Positions 1 to 8,857 of a stretch of DNA of 64,000 bases are shown here, piece by piece. How positions within the stretch are numbered: the first letter of the stretch is position 1; every line of letters begins with the position of its first letter. Where the stretch lies: NCBI GenBank assembly GCA_023261845.1, contig JALNJZ010000004.1:1-64000 (forward strand), read 5' to 3'. The stretch is from Candidatus Terraquivivens tengchongensis (GTDB taxonomy: Archaea > Thermoproteota > Nitrososphaeria_A > Caldarchaeales > Wolframiiraptoraceae). The notes beneath the pieces were generated by a model. The model was not told where the DNA came from. It did no database searches and saw only the letters and a program-made list of their open reading frames with translations. Position numbers and translations under genes: made by a program.

Positions 1-680
1 AATATGAATAGAATAAATCCTAACAAGCCAGGGTTTGTTTATTCCATGGATGGAGTACCTTCTTTCGTAGTTACGGGAGCTTTTTTTAGCAACATCTCTT
101 AGAAAGGGACTGTATATTCTATTGCAAGCACCTTTTAAACCATTAAAAGATTTTGTTATTGATTACTGGAGCTCTAGAGTAACGTTTGGCGGGCAGAACC
201 CCCTAAAGGAGGTTGCTCGACTTCTCTTACATATTTCACAATCCGTATTTTCAGTCTCTCGCTACAGTTATTTTTATGCATTCCACAATAACCTTAATGG
301 ATTACTTACTGTTTCAGATGCACCGCTGATACTAATTGTTCGATATAGTTTCAAGGTCTAAAGTCTTAATATATCCTTCCCACTCGGACACTTTCTCTCT
401 AGTTGTACTGGAAGCATTATTCTTAGGGTGCTCAGTAGTTGCTTACGACATCCCTGCGATTAGAAGTGTCTATAGAGGCTTAAAGCCGGTTAAAGTTGTG
501 AAAGAATATGATTACGTGAACATGGCTGAAGAAGCGATCAGGATGCTTAAAAGGGATATCGCTGAGCATGAAGAGGAACATTTGGATGAAGACTTTATGG
601 ACTTCCTAAGAATGCACAGTTCTTGGAGAAATGTTGCCAAAGCTGACATAGAAGCAATCAAAGAGATGATCGATCGTTAA
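1..680 (+). pseudogene. GT4-family glycosyltransferase, apparently broken (frameshift near 81-87, internal deletion near 335); 5' end outside window
   Basis: C-terminal ORF 336-680 has the GT4 motif YPSHSDTFSLVVLEALFLGCSVVAYD. Upstream frames read ...FVYSMDGVPSFVVTGAF / FLATSLRKGLYILLQAPF...LLTVSDAPLI, then switch frame straight to LFDIVSRSK, with the expected central part of the GT-B fold missing. Confidence 0.65.
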
Positions 681-694
681 TGGAGATGTATTGC

Positions 695-750
695 GGCTCA
701 GAGCTCAAGATCCATATCATCCTCTCATCCTGGTCAGACTCATCATCGCT
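695..750 (-). ncRNA. box C/D guide sRNA, predicted target tRNA-Leu(CAA)
   Basis: Minus strand: C box ATGATGA (746-740), guide GTCTGACCAGG, D' ATGA, C'-like ATGATAT, guide GGATCTTGAGCT, D box CTGA (701-698). A BRE/TATA-like AAAAACGTTAAAT lies about 25 nt upstream. Confidence 0.8.
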
Positions 751-794
751 ATGACACGTCTTCGCCGTTGGAGGATTTAACGTTTTTGTTACCA

Positions 795-986
795 TCAAGC
801 CTGCGTTATGCGTAGATGCATGTCTACGTGCCCGCAGTTCTCGCATATCCAAACATCTAAGAAGTTATACTTCTTAAGTTCGGTCGGAAGCAGACTCTTC
901 ACCGATATACCTAAAGCGAAAGACTTCGTTAGTGAAGCAACATGCTTCTTCATCCGCCCTCCGCAGTCTGGACATGTTTCCGGCAT
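795..986 (-). CDS. small zinc-ribbon protein (63 aa)
   Basis: CPDCGG and CENCG motifs, ATG start. Confidence 0.75.
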   Translation of the reverse strand: MPETCPDCGGRMKKHVASLTKSFALGISVKSLLPTELKKYNFLDVWICENCGHVDMHLRITQA

Positions 987-1047
987 GCCGTATCGTCTTC
1001 TTGATTTTAGATGACATGATAAGAGTTTTTCACAAACGCAACGTTTG

Positions 1048-1107
1048 GGGGCTTCAGTGGTACTCCCGCATCATCACAGCTCAGAAGGCGGTGCTCATCA
1101 GCGCCCC
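1048..1107 (-). ncRNA. box C/D guide sRNA
   Basis: Minus strand: GGGGC..CTGATGA (C) GCACCGCCTT CTGA (D') GCT GTGATGA (C') TGCGGGAGTACCA CTGA (D) A GCCCC. Terminal GGGGC/GCCCC stem and an upstream TTTTTAA promoter-like box. Confidence 0.88.
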
Positions 1108-1212
1108 GTCCTTAAATGGGGATAAGATGTTAAAAAAGTTTACCGGACTCTAAGCGCGACGTTCAGCCAAGGTTCAACTTTATATCGTTCACCCGCTATA
1201 AATTATGGTGAG

Positions 1213-2107
1213 GTGAAGCCCCTTTATCATAAGGTTTAGGTTTCACGGAAGGGGCGGACAAGGTATCAAGACAGCCGGCCGCATACTCAGCAAGGCCGCC
1301 TTCTTTGAAGGACTGTTCTCCCAGGACTTTGCGATATATGGTGCTGAGAGGCGCGGAGCACCCATAACCGCCTTCGTGAGGTTATCCGACGCTCCGATAC
1401 TGGAGCGCGGTCACATTTTTAATCCAAGTTACGTGCTTGTCACAGCACCTTCACTATTATTTGACCCAACCGTCAAACCGCTAGAGGGTATGGCTGATGG
1501 TTCTGTCCTTTTCGTCAACTCGTCGAAAGAAGTACAGATTGTGCAGCTGAAGAAAGTACATACGATCTACAGGGACATAACCGAGCTCGCGCTGAAGCAT
1601 ATAGGAAGGGACATCCTGAGCGCCGCCATGGGTGCCGTAGCCTGTAAGCTCTCCGGGTTGATAAGCCTTCAATCGTTGGTTGACTCCGTGGAGGAGGAGC
1701 TTGCGGAGCTTGGACTTGCGGCCGACCTGATAGAAAAGAACGTCCAATTGGCCAAAGAATGCTATTCGAGCGTGGAGTCTGTAAGTTTGCGCGGGCTAGA
1801 CTATAAGCCGTCGCATAAAGTAGTGGAAGTCCAGTACATGGGCGAAAGGGGAATCCCAGACCTGCTCTCGATGGGGAACACTATACTCAGGAAAACGGGT
1901 AGTTGGAGAGTATTCACGCCGATCGTGGACAAGAATCTTTGCACGGCATGCGGCATCTGTTACATCTATTGCCCCGAGGCATGCATCTCTTTGGACGAGC
2001 AGGGTTACCCAGTCATAAACTACAACAATTGCAAGGGTTGCCTAGTGTGCACGGTAGAGTGTCCGAGAAGAGCGATAAAAACGGAGAGGGAGACCATATG
2101 GTCCTGA
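1213..2107 (+). CDS. porG: 2-oxoacid:ferredoxin oxidoreductase gamma subunit fused to delta (ferredoxin) subunit; start uncertain
   Basis: Open frame from 1217 reads FIIRFRFHGRGGQG...YGAERRGAP (gamma motifs). The C-terminus has TGSWRVFTPIVD and two CxxCxxCxxxCP clusters. No in-frame ATG/GTG/TTG precedes the conserved N-terminus (see findings). Confidence 0.88.
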
Positions 2108-3321
2108 AGATGCTTACGGGCTCGCAAGCAGTTGCGTGGGCAGCGAGGCTTGCAAGGGCCGAATACATCCCGGCCTATCCGATCACGCCCCAAACCGAGA
2201 TCATAGAGATACTGAGCGAGTGGGTAAGGAAGGGAGAGATGGAGGCAATATTTGTGCAGATGGAGTCCGAGCACTCCTTGTTGACGGCAGCAGGTACTGC
2301 TGCCGCGACCGGTGCTAGGGTATTCACGGCAACATCAAGCCAAGGTCTCCTGTATGGCTTTGAGATGCTGTACAGCATAGCCGGCTGGAGAGCACCATTA
2401 GTGCTGGTCAACGTCGCAAGGGCGCTGGCGGCTCCGATAACGCTCGAGCCCGACCATAATGACGTGCTCGCAGCAAGAGATTCTGGATTCCTCCAGTTCC
2501 ATGCAGAAAGTGTGCAGGAAGCATTAGACTTCGTACTCCTTGCGTATAGGGTGGCTGAAGACAACAGGGTTTTGCTACCTGCTATTGTTAACATCGATGG
2601 CTTCCACCTCTCCTTCACGAGAGAGCGTGTCGACCTACCTGAACAGAGCACGGTAGATGAGTTCCTTCCAGAGTACAAACCCGTCAACCCGATCAGAGCC
2701 TCAGAGCCCGTCGCGAAAGGTATACCGGTCCTCATACCGCCCCTGTATTCGTTCTTCAAGTATCAAATGCATATGGCCTCACGCAATGCTCTTAACGTGT
2801 TCAGGGAAGCGGCAAAGGATTTTGAAAAAATGTTTTTCAGAAGTTATGCAACAGTCGAGGAATACATGTTAGACGATGCTGACACAGTCATCGTCATGTC
2901 CAACTCTTTCGCAGCCGTTGGCAAACAAGCTGTGAATGCTATGAGGGAAGAGGGGCGTAAAGTAGGGCTGCTTAGGATTAGGTTGTTCAGACCGTTCCCG
3001 ACGGATGACATCGTCAAAAGCCTTAGGGGTAAGAAATGCGTGGTGGTCGTCGATCAGAACATATCTATTGGCAAGGGCGGAATAATCTGTCCAGAAATCG
3101 CTGAGGCGCTCTACCACCTAGAAGACAGGCCCAAGGTCATCCTACCGGTCATCGCAGGTCTGGGCGGTAAGTCCATAAGCTTGGAAGAGTTCAGGCACGC
3201 CGTAAGGGTTGCTGAGAGGCTGGCGTCGCTCAAGGCAGGACCGGATGGGCCCTTGCTGTTATTCCGTGAGGACGAGGCGATGCTTGTTGATTCCTTGTTG
3301 AAGATAGCCTCTGGAGGTTAG
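2098..3321 (+). CDS. porA: 2-oxoacid (pyruvate-type):ferredoxin oxidoreductase alpha subunit
   Basis: AYPITPQT, MESEH, TATSSQGL motifs. The true start is probably ATG 2098, overlapping the gamma-delta stop. Confidence 0.92.
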   Translation: MVLKMLTGSQAVAWAARLARAEYIPAYPITPQTEIIEILSEWVRKGEMEAIFVQMESEHSLLTAAGTAAATGARVFTATSSQGLLYGFEMLYSIAGWRAPLVLVNVARALAAPITLEPDHNDVLAARDSGFLQFHAESVQEALDFVLLAYRVAEDNRVLLPAIVNIDGFHLSFTRERVDLPEQSTVDEFLPEYKPVNPIRASEPVAKGIPVLIPPLYSFFKYQMHMASRNALNVFREAAKDFEKMFFRSYATVEEYMLDDADTVIVMSNSFAAVGKQAVNAMREEGRKVGLLRIRLFRPFPTDDIVKSLRGKKCVVVVDQNISIGKGGIICPEIAEALYHLEDRPKVILPVIAGLGGKSISLEEFRHAVRVAERLASLKAGPDGPLLLFREDEAMLVDSLLKIASGG

Positions 3322-3325
3322 CAAG

Positions 3326-4255
3326 ATGAGCATCACGAAGTATAGAACACTAAAGGACGTGCCTAAGGAAGAGTTTCTCGTAGCAGGAACACCACTCTGT
3401 GCTGGATGTGGAGCTCTACTCGTCATAAGGCTTTTCCACAAAGCGCTAGGCGGTAATGTGGTTTGGGTAAACGCGGCCGGTTGCGTGACTTTAATGGCAA
3501 CTTTTCCGTACACGCCGCTAAGGTCTTCGTGGTTTTACACGGCAATGCCATCCGCACCGGCTGGTGCACAGGGCATAAGGGACGCGCTAGACATACTCAT
3601 CAAAAAGGGCAAGCTGGACCCCGCAGAGAACCTCAAGGTTGTAGTCATAACAGGAGACGGTGCCGCCTCGGACATAGGCCTGCAGTCGGCATCAGGGGCT
3701 ATACATAGGGGCCTGGACTTCTTCTATCTATGCGTTGACAACGAAGCATACGGTAACACAGGTTTTCAAGCCTCTTCATTATCGCCAATAGGTAGCGGAA
3801 CTGCGACGACAAAACCCACGCACCTATATCCTGCAGGGAACGTCCTCCCCAAGAAGGACCTCTTCGAGATATGGCGAAGCCACAGACCGCCGTACGTCGC
3901 AACGATATCGCCGTCGCATGTGGTTGACATGCTTAGAAAGGTCGAGAAGGCGCTTAGCTTCAAAGGGCCGAAACTCTTCTTAGCGCTCTGCCCATGTCCT
4001 ACGGGCTGGGGCATTGAACCTTCGGAATCCGTGCAATTAGCTAGGCTCGCCGTCGAGACTGGGATTTGGCCGTTGAAGGAAGCGGTTTACGGTGAGGTAA
4101 CGCATACGCACATTCCCTCAAAAAGAAGACCGGTTGAAGATTACTTGAAAGTCCAAAGAAGGTTCGCCCATTTGTTTAAGCCAATAAAGAACGAGGCTGT
4201 TATCGCAGAGATACAGAAGCAGGTCGACGAATACTGGAGTAAGGTGGAGCGTTAA
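3326..4255 (+). CDS. porB: 2-oxoacid:ferredoxin oxidoreductase beta subunit
   Basis: CAGCG, GDG...DNEAYGNTG TPP-binding motif, CPTGW. Confidence 0.92.
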   Translation: MSITKYRTLKDVPKEEFLVAGTPLCAGCGALLVIRLFHKALGGNVVWVNAAGCVTLMATFPYTPLRSSWFYTAMPSAPAGAQGIRDALDILIKKGKLDPAENLKVVVITGDGAASDIGLQSASGAIHRGLDFFYLCVDNEAYGNTGFQASSLSPIGSGTATTKPTHLYPAGNVLPKKDLFEIWRSHRPPYVATISPSHVVDMLRKVEKALSFKGPKLFLALCPCPTGWGIEPSESVQLARLAVETGIWPLKEAVYGEVTHTHIPSKRRPVEDYLKVQRRFAHLFKPIKNEAVIAEIQKQVDEYWSKVER

Positions 4256-4266
4256 ATTAGGTTCGT

Positions 4267-6600
4267 TCATTTATTTTTTATATTGTGCATGGCCCTAAGG
4301 TCCTTTTCGAATGCCTTGAGCTTTCTTGGTATATCGCATTCTATCGGTTCCTTCAGTGATAGGCCCAGGCTCTTTTTCTTTGCCCAAACGCTAGAGTTAA
4401 ACTCAATGATGGGCTCAGTAAACTTCCTGTATACAGCAGACCATACAGCCTTCGGGAAGGTCTCTAAATGTATGCTGCGTTTGCCATACAGCTGCCTCCA
4501 CAACGCATCCGTTATGAAAGGTGTTATGGGTGCCAATAGTAAGAGGACGTTCTTGAGCACCGTGTGTAACGTAAACCAAGCAGCCCTCTGCTCGCTCTTC
4601 GTGAACCCTACACCGTAAGCCCTCGTCTTGACCATCTCCACGTAATGGTCGGCAAATATATTCCAGACAAAATCTCTAATCAATCTGGCAGGATAAAAGA
4701 AGTTAAAGTCCTTGTAGTGCTTTAAGGATTCGCGTATCAGGGCTGAGAGCTCCGCGAGTATCCATCTATCCGTCGGCATGAGCTTCGCCTTTCTCGGTAT
4801 TGGGAAGGACGATACGAACCTCGATAGATTCCAGAGCTTCGTAAGGAACTTCGTGGCACCAGCAATCCTTGCCTCGGATATCCTGAAGTCGTAACCTAAG
4901 CTGGCCTCCTGCGCGTTCCAAAACCTAAACGCATCGGCACCGTACTCCTCCAGTATGGGAACGGGGTCTATGACGTTACCTTTACTTTTGCTCATCTTCT
5001 CTCCTTTTTCGTCAAGACCTAAGCCAGATATCCAGACGTGCTTGAAAGGCTCCTTTCCGGTGAGCTGGTAACATCTGAGAACGGTGTAGTAGAGCCAAGT
5101 CCTAACTATGTCCTTGCCTTGTGGTCTTATGCTGACAGGATAGATTGTCTTGTAGAATTTTGGATCGCTGTAGTGCTTTGTTATGAATAACGGCGATATG
5201 CTCGAATCCATCCACGTATCGAACGTTCTCTCCTCGCCGACGAATTCTGTGCCTCCGCATTTTTCACATCGTTCAAAAGGAGGTGGCTCACACCATGGCC
5301 TGTAGTACCTGTTAGGCGGCGGTACGTGGGGAGCGCCACAACTTTTGCAGTACCAGATCGGTATTTCGGTAGCATAGTACCTGCGCCTAGATATGGGATA
5401 GTCTATCTTAAGAGAATTTATCCAGTCTAGCAAGAGCTGCCTATGCATCTCTGGATGGAACTTCATCTTCCTTGCTATCCTGTCCAACTCTTTTACCGCA
5501 TAAAGCTGTTTGAGGTAGTACTCCTTCATTGGGATGATTTCTATTGGTGTCTTACTCCTTTCACAGATTGGGGTTCTATGGGTTATATTCTCGACTTTTA
5601 CGAGAATTCCCTCGCGCTCCATATCCTCGACGATCCTCTTCCTCGCCTCCTCAACCTTGAGACCTGCATACCTGCCTGCCTTTTCGGTCATCCTTCCATC
5701 TTCGCCTATTGCCACGACCTCTTCTAAGCCAAGCTCCCTGAATAGCTGGACGTCCGTGTAGTCGCCGTAACTGCAGACCATCATGACACCGGTACCGAAC
5801 TCGGGCTTGGCTGCTGGATGGGGTATTATTGGTACCTCTGTCGAGTATATCGGAACTATTGCGTGTAGCCCATGAATATGCGTATACCTTTCGTCATTTG
5901 GGTTCACGATGACGGCCTTACAAGAACACAGAAGTTCTGGTCTAGTCGATGCGATTATCAAATCTTCATTCGTCTCCTTGACCTTGAACTTCATGTAAGC
6001 AAGTATTGTCGGAAGTTCTTCGTACTCGACCTCGGCGTCGGCTATCGTCGTTCCACACTCCCAACAGTAGTTGTTCGGTCTTGTTGCTTCATAGATCAGG
6101 CCTTCGTTCCAGAGTTTGATGAAGGTCTTTTGTGTTAAGGCTCTGTACTCCGGAGAGTCTGTCCTGTAGTAATTCTTAAAGTCGGCGCTCAAACCCATCC
6201 TCCGCATTATTGATAACATCTCTGCCTCTAACTCATCTAAGGCCTTGCTGCAAAGCTCGATGAACTCTTTCCTTAGTACCGACCTTATCGAGACCTTATA
6301 CGTTTTCTCGACATATAGCTCGACGGGTATACCATTTCTGTCTATACCTATGGGGAACAGCACCTCATAGTCCAGCATCCTCGCAGTCCTCGCTATCATG
6401 TCGATCTGGGAATATTGGGCAGCCGCCCCTATATGCCACGGCCTCCCTGATGGGTACGGTGGTGGTGTGTCTATGACAAATTTTTTCTTCTTGCTCCTTA
6501 CGTTAAACGTGTAAAGGTTTTCCGACTCCCAAATTTCGAGCATTTTCTTCTCGATCGATGGGTCCCATACCTTTTCCTGTATTCTCGGTACCAGCTCCAT
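4267..6600 (-). CDS. valS: valine--tRNA ligase
   Basis: IDTPPPYPSG..HIG, STRPE, ISRRR, DTWMDS, KMSKS. Confidence 0.95.
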   Translation of the reverse strand: MELVPRIQEKVWDPSIEKKMLEIWESENLYTFNVRSKKKKFVIDTPPPYPSGRPWHIGAAAQYSQIDMIARTARMLDYEVLFPIGIDRNGIPVELYVEKTYKVSIRSVLRKEFIELCSKALDELEAEMLSIMRRMGLSADFKNYYRTDSPEYRALTQKTFIKLWNEGLIYEATRPNNYCWECGTTIADAEVEYEELPTILAYMKFKVKETNEDLIIASTRPELLCSCKAVIVNPNDERYTHIHGLHAIVPIYSTEVPIIPHPAAKPEFGTGVMMVCSYGDYTDVQLFRELGLEEVVAIGEDGRMTEKAGRYAGLKVEEARKRIVEDMEREGILVKVENITHRTPICERSKTPIEIIPMKEYYLKQLYAVKELDRIARKMKFHPEMHRQLLLDWINSLKIDYPISRRRYYATEIPIWYCKSCGAPHVPPPNRYYRPWCEPPPFERCEKCGGTEFVGEERTFDTWMDSSISPLFITKHYSDPKFYKTIYPVSIRPQGKDIVRTWLYYTVLRCYQLTGKEPFKHVWISGLGLDEKGEKMSKSKGNVIDPVPILEEYGADAFRFWNAQEASLGYDFRISEARIAGATKFLTKLWNLSRFVSSFPIPRKAKLMPTDRWILAELSALIRESLKHYKDFNFFYPARLIRDFVWNIFADHYVEMVKTRAYGVGFTKSEQRAAWFTLHTVLKNVLLLLAPITPFITDALWRQLYGKRSIHLETFPKAVWSAVYRKFTEPIIEFNSSVWAKKKSLGLSLKEPIECDIPRKLKAFEKDLRAMHNIKNK

Positions 6601-6695
6601 ACGCCAGTTAACCCTCTAGGTGTTCGATAAAGCCTTTGCTTAAGCTTTCTTACAACATCTGAATGAAATTGTCATTAACTGATATGAAGCCTAAC

Positions 6696-7001
6696 TCACT
6701 TGATGCCGAGCATCTTCTTGGCTTCTTCGCTCATCATCCTTGGATTCCATGGCGGGTCGAATACCAATTCCACGTCAACTCTCCGAACACCTTTCACGCT
6801 GTTCATTATTGCCTCCTTCACCTGCTCTACGAGAAAATAACCTATCGGACAACCTGGTGCGGTAAGGGTCATCTTAACGTACACGCTGGCATCGTCCCTC
6901 ACCTGGACGTCATATATAAGCCCTAGGTCCACCACGTTTATTGGAATCTCTGGGTCGTAACAGTTCTTGAGTACTTCAATGACCTCTTTTACGGTGGGCA
7001 T
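6696..7001 (-). CDS. DUF59/SufT-like metal-sulfur cluster assembly protein
   Basis: DPEIPINVVDLGLIY, TLTAPGCP, FDPPW. The start is probably ATG 7001. Confidence 0.9.
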   Translation of the reverse strand: MPTVKEVIEVLKNCYDPEIPINVVDLGLIYDVQVRDDASVYVKMTLTAPGCPIGYFLVEQVKEAIMNSVKGVRRVDVELVFDPPWNPRMMSEEAKKMLGIK

Positions 7002-7103
7002 ATCTTTTTGCAAAAAGCCCTCCCTCAAGACTAAAATTAGTCCTTGTTCTATATAAGGGCTTAATAAGCACGTGCTAACCTTTTATATAGAAAACATCAC
7101 ATA

Positions 7104-7652
7104 TTGAAGGTGGTGTTTAGTTTGAGCCTTTCGGGTAAAAGTGTCGCTATAATTGCCGGTCCTGACTACGAAGACCTAGAGCTTCACTATCCGTTGCTCA
7201 GGTTCAAAGAAGAAGGCGCTGACGTGAAGGTTGTGGCACCGACAAGGGACACGTACAGGGGCAAGCATGGTTTATCGATAGTTCCGGATCTAACTATAGA
7301 TGAGGCCCTCATCAAGGACTTCGACATAATCATAATTCCCGGCGGCTGGGCTCCCGATAGGCTGAGGAGGGATAGCAGGGTTGTGGAGTTCGTTAGGAAG
7401 CATGGACAGAAGGGAGCGATAATAGGTGCTATATGCCATGGACCGCAGCTTCTGATATCTGCTAAGCTCTTGAGCGGAAAGAAAGCGACGTGTGTCAGCG
7501 GAATTAAGGATGATGTAATAAATGCAGGTGCGACGTTTATAGATGCTCCAGTGGTCGTGGATGGAAACATAATAACTTCTAGGGTTCCCGACGACCTCCC
7601 AAGCTTCTGTAAAGCGATAATAGAGGAGGCCTCTAAACTTCGGAGGAAGTAG
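7104..7652 (+). CDS. pfpI: PfpI/DJ-1 family protease/deglycase
   Basis: EDLE, IPGG.APD.LR, AICHGP, TSRVPDDL. Confidence 0.92.
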   Translation: MKVVFSLSLSGKSVAIIAGPDYEDLELHYPLLRFKEEGADVKVVAPTRDTYRGKHGLSIVPDLTIDEALIKDFDIIIIPGGWAPDRLRRDSRVVEFVRKHGQKGAIIGAICHGPQLLISAKLLSGKKATCVSGIKDDVINAGATFIDAPVVVDGNIITSRVPDDLPSFCKAIIEEASKLRRK

Positions 7653-7655
7653 CAC

Positions 7656-8778
7656 GTGTTCTTGGTCGAGGAGAGGTACGACCTCGGAAGGCTTGTGACC
7701 TTCGTCCCGAATAAGAACGTACCAGTCCATAACTGGTTTTTTCTTTAAAGAAGGTTTCTCGAGGGATTTTGTCTGGTTAATGCTTAAGGAGTTCGACCTA
7801 GGTAGAGGAAACTGGGTGCTCGATCCTTTTCTCGGCTCCGGGACGACATCGCTTGCCTGCATGGAAGTTGGTGTAAACTCTTGTGGCGTAGATTCGTCAC
7901 CTTTGGCCGTGTTCGTATCGCAAACCAAGACTACCAGATATGATGCAAATTTGTTAGAAAAGGCAGCAGCGTCGTTGTTCTCGATACCTTTCTCAAAACC
8001 CTCGTTGGACGAGCTCGACCCGCTCGTAAAGAAAGCATTCAGCAGACCAGTCCTTGAAGATGTCGTGTTCTTCAGGGATAAGATAGCCGATATGGACAGG
8101 GATGTCAAGAGCTTTTTCATGCTCGCTCTTATGAGGGCAGCTATGGAGGCCTCCTACGCCTATAAGGACGGCGGTGTGATAAAGATAGTGAAGAAACCGA
8201 CGCCACCATTTAGGAAGTTCTTCAAAAGGATCGTCAAGAAGATGATCACGGACGTTAGGTCGATAAAGCTTGAGGATTGTGAGACCAGGATAATGCTCGG
8301 TGATGCTAGGGTGCTCCAGTTGCCCGACGACATGTTCGATGCGATAATAACGTCACCACCGTACTTGAACAAGATAGAGTACACGACGGTCTATAAAATA
8401 GAGTACGAGCTCTTCCTACCTGGTGTCAAGGCAGATGCTGTCCGCTCATACTTGGGCCTAAACCCGAAAAATGTCGAGGACCCATTTCCCGAGTTGAATC
8501 TACCTATAATCGCGAAGGCCTACTTCTCGGACATGAAGAAGGCTCTATCGGAAATGTTCAGGGTCTTGAAGCCCAAAGGCAAGGTAGCCCTAGTGGTTGC
8601 GGGCGGTGTCTTTCCTGATAGGGTGATTGAGTCCGATATCCTGATTGCGAGGCTGGCCGAGGATATGGGCTTTAAGGTAAACAAGATATGCGTAGTGAAC
8701 AGAAGGATTGCAACGACGAAGAGGGTTATAAAGATAGGCGAAGCGAGGGAGAGCATAGTTTACATGGAAAAACAGTAA
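7656..8778 (+). CDS. N4-C/N6-A DNA methyltransferase, split by a +1 frame break at about 7737-7748
   Basis: DPFLGSGTT and TSPPY motifs in 7780-8778. The conserved N-terminal PVHNWF..KEGFS spans two frames, starting at GTG 7656. Confidence 0.85.
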
Positions 8779-8857
8779 ACCGTACCACGAGGTCTGGTAT
8801 GGAAGGGTGTAGCAAGGATAAATATATGTTCTTGAGGTTCAGATAGGGTGCTCGATT

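Noticed and set aside
1214-1216. In-frame TGA as selenocysteine
   Set aside because: Not at a Cys-equivalent position and no SECIS seen
1903-2097. N-terminal extension of the porA ORF
   Set aside because: Alternate frame of the delta domain; ATG 2098 gives the normal N-terminus
7290-8120. 276-aa minus-strand ORF
   Set aside because: Antisense shadow of pfpI and the methyltransferase, no motifs
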